The notes: generated from the sequence alone by a model not told the origin. A stretch of 63,276 nucleotides of DNA, filler included, from Octopus bimaculoides (GCF_001194135.2; 9 parts of 9 records of this genome joined end to end with filler, not necessarily neighbours in it); one strand, 5' to 3'; shown: positions 39,956-54,097, numbered from the whole stretch's first letter. Numbers and translations are program-made.

Positions 39956-40951
39956 CATAAAGACAGGCAGCTGGGGTGAAAACAAAGCCTGTCAAATAGC
40001 GAACGAACTCACAGAGAGAATTTAGGTTCATATACCATCATCATTATTATCAACTCCTGGATATCGACTCCTTGAATTCATGGGTCCGGCTACCCAGTTT
40101 CCATGGCGTATAAGCGATCAAGATCACAACATTTCCCCTGAACCGAACGCTAGTCTGTCGCAGGGTTACCCAATGCTCATTGATCTGGTGCAGCGTGGAC
40201 AGAAATGTTTTGCTCAAGAACACACACACACATCACAGCGACCGGTCTGAGAATCGAAACAACGCCTAACATCCTTTACTTGGTACATAAATTTATTTTA
40301 ACTACATGTTTGAACTCAGAAAGCGAGGTCGATAAGTACAATGACATGCAATTTAATCTGGTAATCAGTAATCGTCAAATGACAATGTTTAGTATTAACA
40401 TACCATAAGATAACTCATAAAAATATATATAAAAGTAGTCTCCCTTGAAAATAAATTACGAAATGAAAATTTTCCAGTGATATATCTGCATGCAAGTTTG
40501 TCTGTGTGTGTGCGTATATGTGTGCGGATGTATATTTATGCGATTGTATGCTTTTTATTTATGTGTGAGTTAAGTAAATCTTTTATCTTTTATCTTTTAC
40601 TTGTTTCAGTCTTTAGACATGCTGGGGCACCACCTTGAAGAATTTTTCTTTTAGTCGAATGAATCGAGCCAAGGACTTATTTTCGTTTTAAAAAGCAGTT
40701 GAACTGATAAGTTAGAGGGACGTAAACACATCAACGCCGGTGGTCAAACGATCGTGGCGGACAAACACACACTCACACACACACAAAAATCGCAGACTCG
40801 TATATGTGTGTGTGTGTGTATGTATGTATGTGTATATATATATATATATATNNNNNNNNNNNNNNNNNNNNNNNNNNNNNNNNNNNNNNNNNNNNTTAAT
40901 TAATTAANNNNNNNNNNNNNNNNNNNNNNNNNNNNNNNNNNNNNNNNNNNN

Positions 40952-40991
<40 letters not shown>

Positions 40992-42396
40992 CACAGAAGA
41001 TTTCAGTCCCCTCTCTATCACACCTCCACCACCGATTCCATCAACTGCACCAAGCTCACTCCCAAACCCAGATATGCATTGGGATAAGCTCACCTACAAC
41101 AGAAAACCTTGTTTTCAGCCAAGTGGAGCAACGAAGTAATTGCTTGAACTCAACACGTACTCTTTATTTTTTTTTGTATTTGCTTTTTTGTTTGCTTTTT
41201 TCAAATACCAACCCGACCCTTACCAAATTACCAGATGTATAACTAACAGAATGATGAAATATGATGCTGGTATTATAAATATATATTGTGATATATAAAT
41301 AATGTGTTAAGAGCACCAGAAAACAACCGATCTGGTTCTTGATTGGTTCACTGCCTCATAAGGCGCTTAGTGTTTTGGGGATGACGCTTGACGCTTAACG
41401 CTAGGCGCTGCAAGGTGCTGCATGACGCTTATGGAAGTCACAGATGAAAAGCGATATTCACTCCCACAGCGATGATGTCTATCGACTTACTTACTCATCA
41501 ATATGCATATATATATGTGCGTGCGTGTGTGTGTGTGTGTGTGTGTGTGTCTGCATTTATGTGGGCTTGTGAATACCTACATCTATATACGTATGCGCAC
41601 GCACACACGAACACACACGCAAAGATTATATGTGTTAGTGTGTATGTATGTGTACAAACATTCTATGCTGACAGTACTTCAGACTGTTTAAGGCTACCAT
41701 TTGGTAACTCGTCTGCAGGACGGCTTTATAGGTATATATATATGTGTGTGTGTGTGTATGTATATATATATATATATATANNNNNNNNNNNNNNNNNNNN
41801 NNNNNNNNNNNNNNNNNNNNNNNNNNNNNNNNNNNNNNNNNNNNNNNNNNNNNNNNNNNNNNNNNNNNNNNNNNNNNNNNNNNNNNNNNNNNNNNNNNNN
41901 NNNNNNNNNNNNNNNNNNNNNNNNNNNNNNNNNNNNNNNNNNNNNNNNNNNNNNNNNNNNNNNNNNNNNNNNNNNNNNNNNNNNNNNNNNNNNNNNNNNN
42001 NNNNNNNNNNNNNNNNNNNNNNNNNNNNNNNNNNNNNNNNNNNNNNNNNNNNNNNNNNNNNNNNNNNNNNNNNNNNNNNNNNNNNNNNNNNNNNNNNNNN
42101 NNNNNNNNNNNNNNNNNNNNNNNNNNNNNNNNNNNNNNNNNNNNNNNNNNNNNNNNNNNNNNNNNNNNNNNNNNNNNNNNNNNNNNNNNNNNNNNNNNNN
42201 NNNNNNNNNNNNNNNNNNNNNNNNNNNNNNNNNNNNNNNNNNNNNNNNNNNNNNNNNNNNNNNNNNNNNNNNNNNNNNNNNNNNNNNNNNNNNATGTACA
42301 CACACACACACACATAATTATAAGCATGAATGTTTCTCTATGTTTATGTATATATGCGTATGTGTATGTATATATATATAAGAATATACGCAGAGA

Positions 42397-43747
42397 TACG
42401 TCCCCATAACAGCGATTCATTAAAAAATATGACCACTCTTTAAAAACAATATTTAAAGAATTAAATAAGTACTGGAGCTTGATTTGTTCAACCAAATCTT
42501 ACAGGGCGATGCCCCAGCATGGCCACAGTCATTGACTGAAACAAGAATGAAATGAAAAAAATTAAAGAATAGACAAGTGGTGCTTTTCATGCCTTTGTGT
42601 TCAAAAATAGAGGGAAGATTGTAAAAGAATGGGGTTTTGCGTGTAATGCATATATGTACGTTGTGTTGGTATGTATGTGTGCATGTGAATGCGTTTGTGT
42701 GTGTACGCGCGTATGCGTGCATGCATGTGTGTTTGTATGTTTGTGCAGTACGGTGTGATATGCACATACATTTAAGTACAAACACATGTGTGAATGGCGG
42801 TTGGGGTGGAAAATAGATTCTGCAGATGCCGCAACAATACGCGTGTCAAATTCCGAGGGTACATTGACACACACACACACACAAACACACACAAGCACAC
42901 ACACACACACACACACACACTCGTATGCTCATAGGTATGTATGACATATCTATATGCATGGAATATATACACGTGCATAAATATATACACATACATAAGA
43001 CATAAGTATATGCACACACATACACACATACACACGTACACACACACACCTTTTATATGGATGTGTGTGCTTGTGTCTTTATATTTCTATAGTTACATTT
43101 ACGCATGTGTATTTCTGTGTTGTGGGCTTGTAGTCATATTTCTGTATTTATGATAAATATGTTAAGTGATTCTTCTTGTGTTATTACGTTGGTTTCCACC
43201 TACTCTCTGTGCACTTGTTGATAGACATATATATATATGTAGGCGCCTGTATGTATGTATGTATGTATGTATGTATGTATGTATATATGGAGGCGCAATA
43301 GCCCAATGGTTAGAGCAGAGGACTCGCGGTTTCGATTACCAGACCGGGCGTTGTGAGTGTTTATTGAGCGAAAACACCTAAAGCTCCACGAGGCTCCGGC
43401 AGGGGATGGTGGCGAACCCTGCTGTACTCTTTCACCACAACTTTCTCTCACTCTTTCCCCCTGTTTCTGTTGTGCCTGTAGTTCAAAGGGTCAGCCTTGT
43501 CACACNNNNNNNNNNNNNNNNNNNNNNNNNNNNNNNNNNNNNNNNNNNNNNNNNNNNNNNNNNNNNNNNNNNNNNNNNNNNNNNNNNNNNNNNNNNNNNN
43601 NNNNNNNNNNNNNNNNNNNNNNNNNNNNNNNNNNNNNNNNNNNNNNNNNNNNNNNNNNNNNNNNNNNNNNNNNNNNNNNNNNNNNNNNNNNNNNNNNNNN
43701 NNNNNNNNNNNNNNNNNNNNNNNNNNNNNNNNNNNNNNNNNNNNNNN

Positions 43748-43779
<32 letters not shown>

Positions 43780-44634
43780 ATTGTATATATATATATAGTG
43801 AGTTCAAACAAGAAAAACGACAAAAAAAACAACAACAAAAAACAACAACGCGAGTACGTGATACAGATATTGTGTTACTGGACGCTCAGGAAAGGAAAGA
43901 AAGAGAATTTATATATATATGAGAAAAAGAAAACGGGCAAATTGAGATATAGACATCAATTTATCAGAACATATTTAATTCCAAACAAAAAGAAACTCTT
44001 AGCACCTACAATTGTTTCCAAGCCCAATTAATTCAATTTGAGAAATTAAATTAAACTAAATTAAATTACAGTTTCCTATTGAATATAGCTAAATGGACAT
44101 TTCGTCAGAGGAAGAATTTGATAGAAAGTATCAGATATGTGCGTTTTTACATCCAATATATTTTTTTTTAAAGCGTTACTTAATTATATGTATATGCATA
44201 TTTATTTAATACATTTGTGCACATGCGTATGTAATGTGTTGCAAAACAAAAGTAGCCGTTAGTTAGCTTAAATGGTATTTCGAGTCGATTACTTTAACTA
44301 GAAACTAAAAATATTATTCTTCATTCATATTATAACTTATCGGAATATCAGCAAAGTATCTAATCACTTAAGAAATTTATTATAAGTCACCCAATTGTAA
44401 TCTCTAGGAGAACTTAGATGCTGTCATCCCTCTGGCGTTTGTTTATTTACGTCCTCATAACAGCGATTCATTTAAAAATATGACCACTCTTTAAAAACAA
44501 TATTTAAAGAATTAAATAAGTACTGGAGCTTGATTTGTTCAACCAAATCTTACAGGGCGATGCCCCAGCATGGCCACAGTCATTGACTGAAACAAGAATG
44601 AAATGAAAAAAATTAAAGAATAGACAAGTGGTGC
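42397..44634. repeat. 187-bp direct duplication (42397-42583 and 44448-44634)
   Basis: Two mismatches. It includes both a SINE 3' end and non-SINE flank. Confidence 0.9.
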
Positions 44635-44704
44635 CCAGCCCATGGTCCGCAGACCGCTGCTGGTCTGCAAAGGTAGTACTGGGGGTAGGTGAACCAAATT
44701 CAAA

Positions 44705-44763
<59 letters not shown>

Positions 44764-44894
44764 NNNNNNNNNNNNNNNNNNNNNNNNNNNNNNNNNNNNN
44801 NNNNNNNTTAATTAATTAANNNNNNNNNNNNNNNNNNNNNNNNNNNNNNNNNNNNNNNNNNNNTATGATACATGTTTATAGATTATCTATACAT

Positions 44895-45595
44895 ATAGGC
44901 GCAGGAGTGGCTATGTGGTAAGTAGCTTGCTTACCAATAACAGGGTTCCAGATTCAGTCCCACTGCGTAGAAACTTGGACAAGTGTCTTGGACAAGGGTC
45001 TTAGGCCGACCAAAGCCTTGTGAGTGGATTTGGTAGACGAAAACTGAAATAAGTTGGATTAAGTGTTCGTTTCTTTTTTTGTCTTCTGCAATTTTATTTT
45101 TGGTTCTTCTATATATATGAAGAATTTTCCTCCGTGTGGCTGTTTTTCTCTGTACAAAATGGAAAGTTGCATTATGGAACAGTCATTTCAATAAGATTTT
45201 TTTATCTATCTATCACCCAACGAGATACGTCTGCACCACGGGATACTCCTGAACCAGTTTTTGTGTGTCCCACAAGAGGAATCGATGCGAGATCTGTCGA
45301 AGCAATTGTTGTGATTAATAATATATTCTCGTATATTCCATATTCTGTCTTTCATTCGTTATATATATACATATATGTGTGTATGTGTATGTTTGTGTGT
45401 CTGTGTTTGTCCCCCCACCATCGCTTGACAACCGACGCTGGTGTGTTTACGTCACCGTAACTTAACATTTGGCAAAAGAGACCGATAGAATAAGTACTAG
45501 GCTTACAAAGAATAATTCGTAGGGTTGATTTGTTCGACTAAAGACAATGCTCCAGCATGGCCGCAGCCAAATGACCGAAACAAATAAAAGAGTAA
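44895..45595 (+). mobile_element. SINE family A split by a ~300-bp insertion
   Basis: Head at 44895-45052, 3' half at ~45358-45595, unrelated sequence between. Confidence 0.75.
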
Positions 45596-45724
45596 AATAT
45601 ATACACATATATATTAGTATGTACATACGTTGATATATGCATACGTACATACATTTATACACACACACACACACATATATATATATACATTATGCATTAT
45701 ATTTTACATAAATATATAATATAT

Positions 45725-45950
45725 ACAAAAGATCCCATCATCTTTAAGCGGAATCTGGACAAATTTCTGCAAGGGATACCGAGAAGCCACCTATACCTGG
45801 ACACAACTCACTCAGCAAGAACTTCCTACTTGAATGACCATAATACCACAAAATTAGACTTGAAAAGGATTTAATAAATCCGATCAGGTGGTGCGATTAA
45901 GATAGACACGGACTTATCTTTGGTCGAAACATATCTAAGCTATCTAAGTT
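45725..45950 (+). mobile_element. CR1/L2-like LINE 3' end
   Basis: DPIIFKRNLDKFLQGIP matches the FK..LDKFL..IPD C-terminal motif. Ends in a TATCTAAG-like short repeat tail. Confidence 0.6.
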
Positions 45951-47259
45951 GCATGTTATGTATACAATATACATACATGCATACATACATACATGCATAC
46001 ATACATACATACATATATATATATATANNNNNNNNNNNNNNNNNNNNNNNNNNNNNNNNNNNNNNNNNNNNNNNNNNNNNNNNNNNNNNNNNNNNNNNNN
46101 NNNNNNNNNNNNNNNNNNNNNNNNNNNNNNNNNNNNNNNNNNNNNNNNNNNNNNNNNNNNNNNNNNNNNNNNNNNNNNNNNNNNNNNNNNNNNNNNNNNN
46201 NNNNNNNNNNNNNNNNNNNNNNNNNNNNNNNNNNNNNNNNNNNNNNNNNNNNNNNNNNNNNNNNNNNNNNNNNNNNNNNNNNNNNNNNNNNNNNNNNNNN
46301 NNNNNNNNNNNNNNNNNNNNNNNNNNNNNNNNNNNNNNNNNNNNNNNNNNNNNNNNNNNNNNNNNNNNNNNNNNNNNNNNNNNNNNNNNNNNNNNNNNNN
46401 NNNNNNNNNNNNNNNNNNNNNNNNNNNNNNNNNNNNNNNNNNNNNNNNNNNNNNNNNNNNNNNNNNNNNNNNNNNNNNNNNNNNNNNNNNNNNNNNNNNN
46501 NNNNNNNNNNNNNNNNNNNNNNNNNNNNNNNNNNNNNNNNNNNNNNNNNNNNNNNNNNNNNNNNNNNNNNNNNNNNNNNNNNNNNNNNNNNNNNNNNNNN
46601 NNNNNNNNNNNNNNNNNNNNNNNNNNNNNNNNNNNNNNNNNNNNNNNNNNNNNNNNNNNNNNNNNNNNNNNNNNNNNNNNNNNNNNNNNNNNNNNNNNNN
46701 NNNNNNNNNNNNNNNNNNNNNNNNNNNNNNNNNNNNNNNNNNNNNNNNNNNNNNNNNNNNNNNNNNNNNNNNNNNNNNNNNNNNNNNNNNNNNNNNNNNN
46801 NNNNNNNNNNNNNNNNNNNNNNNNNNNNNNNNNNNNNNNNNNNNNNNNNNNNNNNNNNNNNNNNNNNNNNNNNNNNNNNNNNNNNNNNNNNNNNNNNNNN
46901 NNNNNNNNNNNNNNNNNNNNNAAAAAAAAAAAAAAAAAAAAGGCAAATATCAATTCAACGGAAATTCACGAAAGGAAACGAATCTAAAAGATTTTCCGTC
47001 AACTACGCTGTTTGTCTTTTTCTTTTTCTTCTTCTTGAGATCTGATTTGTACTCTCAGAATTTCATAGGAGTACATGAACATACTGTCTATATACATATA
47101 CTATATACATACGCGTACGCGCGCACACACACACAAACAAACATACACACATATATACGTGCACATATATATACATATCCACGCCTACCTGCATATAAAA
47201 CATTTATCTCTCTCTTTATCTCTCTCTCTCTCCACATATATATATATATATATATATAC

Positions 47260-47294
<35 letters not shown>

Positions 47295-47454
47295 CAGATA
47301 CGCACACATATACATATATAGATATATACATATATAGATATATATAGATATATATATGTAAATATATGTATGTATGTATGTTTGTGGTTAATAAAGAATC
47401 TCGTGAATTCCATTTTCTGTGTCTCTTATTTGTCTATATACATACATACATACA

Positions 47455-47490
<36 letters not shown>

Positions 47491-48815
47491 TGTATGTATG
47501 TATGTATATATATATATGCATATGTATGTATATATGCCTGTGTATCTATATCTATCTATATTTATGTGTGAGTGTGTGTGTGTGGGTGTGATTGTAGACA
47601 CATGTACAACAAAATTACTTATGTGGGTGTACGTTTGTGCGTGGATTTATATATTTGCAAATACTTACATACAAACATCAGTGCACAAAATAAAATTATA
47701 TATTTCTGAGGCGCGCGCGCACGCGCACATAATATATACAACATAAACACATGTTCACACATAATGCATACACTTCGTTGCCAAAGTCTGAAGATCGTGT
47801 GGTAGGAAGGCCCGTCTGCGTGGTCGTTCAACCAGCGAGAAAGAGCAACCTATTTGTCCCTCAAATCGCACCCTGGCGTCTTAAAAGAGCAAAACTGCGC
47901 TGAATATGTATATGTGTGTGTGTGTGTGTGTGTAGACCAGGGGCGAACTGAGAGTATTAAGGGTCCTTGGGGCATAACTGTTTACCAAACTCCTTTGAAT
48001 GTGTTTTAGCAACGTTAACATGTAGAGTGGGTGTGCGTTTGTGCTGGTTTTATATATTTGCAAATACTTACATACAAACATCGATGCTCAAGAACACAAC
48101 GTACTGCTTGGTCCAGGATTTGAAACCACAGCCTTGCGATGAGGAGTCCAACACCTTAACATTAAGCCATGCACCTCCACAAAGAAACTAGAAGTAGCTT
48201 GTCCACTTTGAGAAGCACAGCGCTGGTTCCCCTGTTTCTCTGGTCTATAACTGTTTCAAAGTTTTGAGACGGGTCCAGTAATTTTTAGGAGTTAGGGATT
48301 AGTCGACTACATCCACCCCAGTACTGAATTGGGAAAGAAAGAAAAGGAGGTAGGGTTACCTTCTTGCGTCATAGAGATTTATGAGGGCCGGTTTCCCCGT
48401 TTCGTGGTGTATATGTTCTCCACCTGGATTGGACGCCAGTCTGTCGCAGGGTGACTCACTTTTGTTAGCGGAATGGACTAAAGCAACGTGAAATGAAACG
48501 TTTTGCTCAAGAACACAACGGATTTCTCGGTCCAGGAATTGAAGCCACAATCTTAGGAACGTGAGTCCAACACCCTAACCACTAAGCCACGCGCCTCCAC
48601 TCTTAAATGGTATTTTACTTTATCTCCTTGGAAAGATCACAGGCAAAGGTGACCTTGGAAGGATTCGAACTCAGAACGTAAGAAGTTGCAAGAAATGCTT
48701 CTAAACGTTTTGTCCGACGTGCTGCTAACGACTGTGATCGTGTTGTCTTCTATGACAAGAGGACAACTGGATCAGAATTGTCCTGGGGTTAAACCACAAC
48801 AATCACAGCTAAATT

Positions 48816-49034
48816 CTTTTCTACTCTAGACACAAGGACCGAAATTTTTGGGGAGCGGGGCAGTCAATTATATCGACCCTAGTACGCAACAGGTACTTAA
48901 TTTATCTACCCCGAAAGGATGAAAGACACAGACGACCTCAGTGGAATTTGAACTCAGAATGTAGAGACAGACGAAATACCGCTAAGCATTTTCTCCGACG
49001 TGCTAACGATTCTGCCAGCTCGCCGCCTTACAGC
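48816..49034 (-). mobile_element. SINE family B, full length, with 12-bp TSD
   Basis: CACAGCTAAATT at 48804-48815 and 49035-49046. Confidence 0.92.
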
Positions 49035-49074
49035 CACAGCTAAATTACGTGGCTCATGCGTTATAGACTGATAG

Positions 49075-49282
49075 AGCGGGGAGCGAGCAGAATCGTTAGC
49101 ACGTCGGAGAAAATGCTTAGCGGCGTTTCATACGTCTTTAGGTTCTGAGTTCCGTCGAGGTCGACTTTGCCTTTCATCCTTTCGGAGTCGATAAATTAAG
49201 TACCAGTTGCGTACTGGGTCGATCTAATCGACTGGCTCCTTCCCCCAAAATTTTGGGCCTTGTGCCAAGCGTAGAAAAGGAT
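49075..49282 (+). mobile_element. SINE family B, head-to-head with the previous copy
   Basis: GCAGAATCGTTAGCACGTCGG...CCCCAAAATTTTGGGCCTTGTG. Confidence 0.88.
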
Positions 49283-49729
49283 ATTGGTGTACCGACAGCA
49301 ATAGTGGTGGTGGTTGTAGTAGTAGTGGTGGTGGTGGTGGTGGAGGTGGCNNNNNNNNNNNNNNNNNNNNNNNNNNNNNNNNNNNNNNNNNNNNNNNNNN
49401 NNNNNNNNNNNNNNNNNNNNNNNNNNNNNNNNNNNNNAACTCTCGTTATACAGGTAACGATAAAGAGACTTAACCGATATGGCTACAGATATTAGCCACC
49501 ATCATCATCATCATCACCACCACCACCACCAACACCACCAAACAAATGTCACACACATAAGTCAGACAACGTCACGACACACAGACAGACCAACAGAGGC
49601 CGCCATTTTGGTTTTTGGTTCAATGTTATTCCTTTTGAAATTCCATCTTGGCTTGTTCTCAGTCAAAATATTTCTTAATTCCACATTGTGTTATTCCGTC
49701 CTACACACACCCACACACCCCACCATTCC

Positions 49730-50118
49730 ATCATCATCATCATCATCATCATCGTCATCTTCTTCTTCTTTTTCTTTCCTTTTCTTCTTTTTCTTTCTTC
49801 TTTTTTCTTCTTCTTCTAATTCTTCTTTTCCTTCTTTTTCATCTATTTCTTCTTCCACTTCATCTTTTTTTCTTCTTCTTCTTCTTCTTCTTCTTCTTCT
49901 TCTTCTTCTTCTTCTTCTTCTTTTTCTTCTTCTCCTTTTTTCTTTCCTCTTCTTCTTTTTCTTTCTTCTTCTTTTCCTTCTTTTTCATCTATTCCTTCTT
50001 CTTCATCTTCTTTTTCCTTCTTCTTCTTCTTCTTCCTCCTCCTCCTCCGCCTCCTCCTCTTTCCTTTTCTTCTTCCCTCTCTCCTCCTCCTCTTCTACAT
50101 TTTTTTCTTTCCCTGTCT
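49730..50118. repeat. (CAT)n / (CTT)n polypyrimidine low-complexity tract
   Basis: Directly visible. A similar CT-rich tract lies at ~53040-53385. Confidence 0.95.
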
Positions 50119-51078
50119 NNNNNNNNNNNNNNNNNNNNNNNNNNNNNNNNNNNNNNNNNNNNNNNNNNNNNNNNNNNNNNNNNNNNNNNNNNNNNNNNNN
50201 NNNNNNNNNNNNNNNNNNNNNNNNNNNNNNNNNNNNNNNNNNNNNNNNNNNNNNNNNNNNNNNNNNNNNNNNNNNNNNNNNNNNNNNNNNNNNNNNNNNN
50301 NNNNNNNNNNNNNNNNNNNNNNNNNNNNNNNNNNNNNNNNNNNNNNNNNNNNNNNNNNNNNNNNNNNNNNNNNNNNNNNNNNNNNNNNNNNNNNNNNNNN
50401 NNNNNNNNNNNNNNNNNNNNNNNNNNNNNNNNNNNNNNNNNNNNNNNNNNNNNNNNNNNNNNNNNNNNNNNNNNNNNNNNNNNNNNNNNNNNNNNNNNNN
50501 NNNNNNNNNNNNNNNNNNNNNNNNNNNNNNNNNNNNNNNNNNNNNNNNNNNNNNNNNNNNNNNNNNNNNNNNNNNNNNNNNNNNNNNNNNNNNNNNNNNN
50601 NNNNNNNNNNNNNNNNNNNNNNNNNNNNNNNNNNNNNNNNNNNNNNNNNNNNNNNNNNNNNNNNNNNNNNNNNNNNNNNNNNNNNNNNNNNNNNNNNNNN
50701 NNNNNNNNNNNNNNNNNNNNNNNNNNNNNNNNNNNNNNNNNNNNNNNNNNNNNNNNNNNNNNNNNNNNNNNNNNNNNNNNNNNNNNNNNNNNNNNNNNNN
50801 NNNNNNNNNNNNNNNNNNNNNNNNNNNNNNNNNNNNNNNNNNNNNNNNNNNNNNNNNNNNNNNNNNNNNNNNNNNNNNNNNNNNNNNNNNNNNNNNNNNN
50901 NNNNNNNNNNNNNNNNNNNNNNNNNNNNNNNNNNNNNNNNNNNNNNNNNNNNNNNNNNNNNNNNNNNNNNNNNNNNNNNNNNTCTACAAGTCCGTCTATG
51001 AGTGCTTGTGAATCAGTGATTGCATCTACAAGTGATGGTGTGTGAAAGTCTAATGTGAGGGAAAGTGATTCAGAAAGC

Positions 51079-51118
<40 letters not shown>

Positions 51119-51734
51119 TTTTTTATTATAAATGATCTTTGACATTCTTTTTACTTTACATAAAATATTCTTTACATTCTGCTGTTGTTTTATTGCCATT
51201 TATTTACGAGTATTATATATTCTATAGGTACAATATTTTCCTGGGAACGAATTACGATTTATAACATTGTTACTATGGGAAATTATTGTTCTGCTTCACG
51301 AGTTTTCGCTTTACGAGCAGTCTCCGGGAACAAATTAACTCGTATATCGAGGCATTACCCTGTATGTGTGTGTGTGTGTGTGTGTGTACTATTTATTTAA
51401 AGGGTACAAAGCGCTACTAATAGTTTCATATGTTGAGAAAACTCAAACATATTCTTCAGGCGCAAACTACATCTCACGTAACAGTACATTTCATATATAT
51501 GTATATATATGAAATGTACTGTTACGTGATATATATATATGCACACATACATGCATATACATATACGAGGCAGCCAAAAACACTTGTCCACAGCTGTCCC
51601 CTCATCTCCAGACAATAAGCCTGTCCTCTTTCTTAATGGGATATCAATTTTGGAGATGTTTTTGGATCTTGAGATCATCTCCCTCTCTCCTATGGAATTG
51701 ATCGTAATTGGCATTTGTGGCGGAGATAATCTCA

Positions 51735-52290
51735 ATCACCTGAAATTTTAGGGGATTAGAAAGTTGATTACATTGATTACAGTGTAAAGAGATGAAAGGC
51801 AAAGTCAACTTCGGCGGAATTTGAACTCAGAACGTAACGAAGAACGAAATACCGCCAAGTATTTTGCCCGGCGTGCTAACGATCCTGCCAGCTCGCTGCT
51901 TTAATAATAATAATAATAATCATAATAATAATAATAATGTATTTTCATTGGGTCTTATGCCGTAAATACCAGTATGCAACTGGTACTTAATTTATCGACC
52001 CCGAAAGAATGAAAGGCAAAGTCGACCTTGGCGGAATTTGAACTCATAACGTAGCGGCAGACGAAATACCTATTTCGTTACTGCCCACAAGGGGTTACAC
52101 ACAGAGGGGACAAACAAGGACAGACAAACGGATTAAGTCGATTATATCGACCCCAGTGCGTAACTGGTACTTATTTAATCGACCCCGAAAGGATGAAAGG
52201 CAAAGTCGACCTCGGCGGAATTTGAACTCAGAACGTAGCGGCAGACGAAATACCGCTAAGCATTTCGCCCGGCGTGCTAACGTTTCAGCC
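51735..52290 (-). mobile_element. Cluster of SINE family B copies, including a dimeric variant
   Basis: Units at ~51735-51900, 51960-52080 and 52080-52290. The last has an alternative 3' segment. Confidence 0.85.
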
Positions 52291-52415
52291 NNNNNNNNNN
52301 NNNNNNNNNNNNNNNNNNNNNNNNNNNNNNNNNNNNNNNNNNNNNNNNNNNNNNNNNNNNNNNNNNNNNNNNNNNNNNNNNNNNNNNNNNNNNNNNNNNN
52401 NNNNNNNNNNNNNNN

Positions 52416-52710
52416 NGGGCAAGTGTCTTCCACTATAGCCACGGGCTGGCCAAAGCCTTGTGAGTGGACTTGTTAGACGGAAACTAAAAGAAGCGTGTTG
52501 CGTATAGATTTGTGTGTGTGTGTGTGTGACACTCAGTACACTGCTCGGCAACAGGTGTTGGTTTGTTTACGTTCCCGTAACTTAGAGGTTCGGCAAAAGA
52601 AACCGATAGAATAAATAAAAGATACTTGGGTCGAATCGTCTGACTAAATATTCCTCAAGGCGGTGCCCCAGCATGGCCGCAGTCAAATGATTGAAACAAG
52701 TAAAAGATGG
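52416..52710 (+). mobile_element. SINE family A (other + copies at ~31760-32150, 53390-54085, 62065-62295; - copy at ~40580-40790)
   Basis: GGGCAAGTGTCTTCCACTATAGCC...CCAAAGCCTTGTGAGTGG...CAGCATGGCCGCAGTCAAATGA. Confidence 0.85.
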
Positions 52711-53049
52711 AAAAGATAAAAACATACTAATGGGAGCCACAACTTTGCACAGAGGACCAGGGGTGGCATTTAGAGTATTTCAGTGGTGGGGGTTGAGAGG
52801 GCAGAGGGTGTCTTATAAGCTATCAGATATAAGGATTACAGGTGAACAGGTATTTCTGGCCCTTTTTTTTTCTGCAACACCGGAAATGAGGTTAATGCGA
52901 AGAACAAGATAGATCAGTTAGCGCTAATTAACTGCAATCAGATATCCAAGCGATAAAGGACGATTATCTTAAACGAGGTCTCAAATGCTGGCACATATTA
53001 GACACCATGTGTTTATCAACCCACTTGACATCAGGATAGTCTCTCTTTC

Positions 53050-53092
<43 letters not shown>

Positions 53093-53338
53093 CTCTCTGC
53101 TTGTCTTTCTCTCTCTCTATCTCTTTCTCTCAATCTTTCTTTCTCTCTCTATTTTTCTGTCTCTTTCTTTCTTTCTCTTTCTTCCTCTTTCTATTTCTCT
53201 TTCTCTCTCCCTCTGTCTCTCACTTTCCCTCACTCCTTCTCTCTCTTTCTCTTTCTCTCTATCTTTCTTTCTCTCTCTTTCTTATTCTCCCTTCCTAACT
53301 TTCTCTGTCTCTCCCTCCCTCTCTCTCTCTCTATCTCT

Positions 53339-53371
<33 letters not shown>

Positions 53372-54097
53372 CCTCTTTCTCCCTCACACTCTGGTTGACT
53401 TCCATACAATGTGTTCAATTCCATTGCGTCACTCGTTGAGCAAGTTTCTTCTGCTTTAGCCCCAGGCGACCGATACCTCGTGAGTGAATTTGGTATTCGG
53501 AAACCGACTGGAAGCCCATTGCATATGGAAGCAACCAGATTGGACCATCTCAAGTGTAACTGCCCGAAAAGGTCATGACGTCTGGCACTTGACTGATGAA
53601 AGAAAGCCNNNNNNNNNNNNNNNNNNNNNNNNNNNNNNNNNNNNNNNNNNNNNNNNNNNNNNNNNNNNNNNNNNNNNNNNNNNNNNNNNNNNNNNNNNNN
53701 NNNNNNNNNNNNNNNNNNNNNNNNNNNNNNNNNNNNNNNNNNNNNNNNNNNNNNNNNNNNNNNNNNNNNNNNNNNNNNNNNNNNNNNNNNNNNNNNNNNN
53801 NNNNNNNNNNNNNNNNNNNNNNNNNNNNNNNNNNNNNNNNNNNATGTATATATATATGTATGTGTGTATGTGTTTGTATGTCTGTGTTTGTCCCCCCAGC
53901 ATCGCTTGACAACCGATGCTGGTGTGTTTATGTCCCCATAACTTAGCGGTTCGGCAAAAGAGACCGATAGATATAAGTACTAGGCTTACAAAGAATAAGT
54001 CCTGGGGTCGATTTGCTCGACTAAAGGAGGTGCTCCAGCATGGCCACAGTCAAAAGACTGAAACAAGTAAAAGAGTAAAAGAGTATATGTGTGTGTG

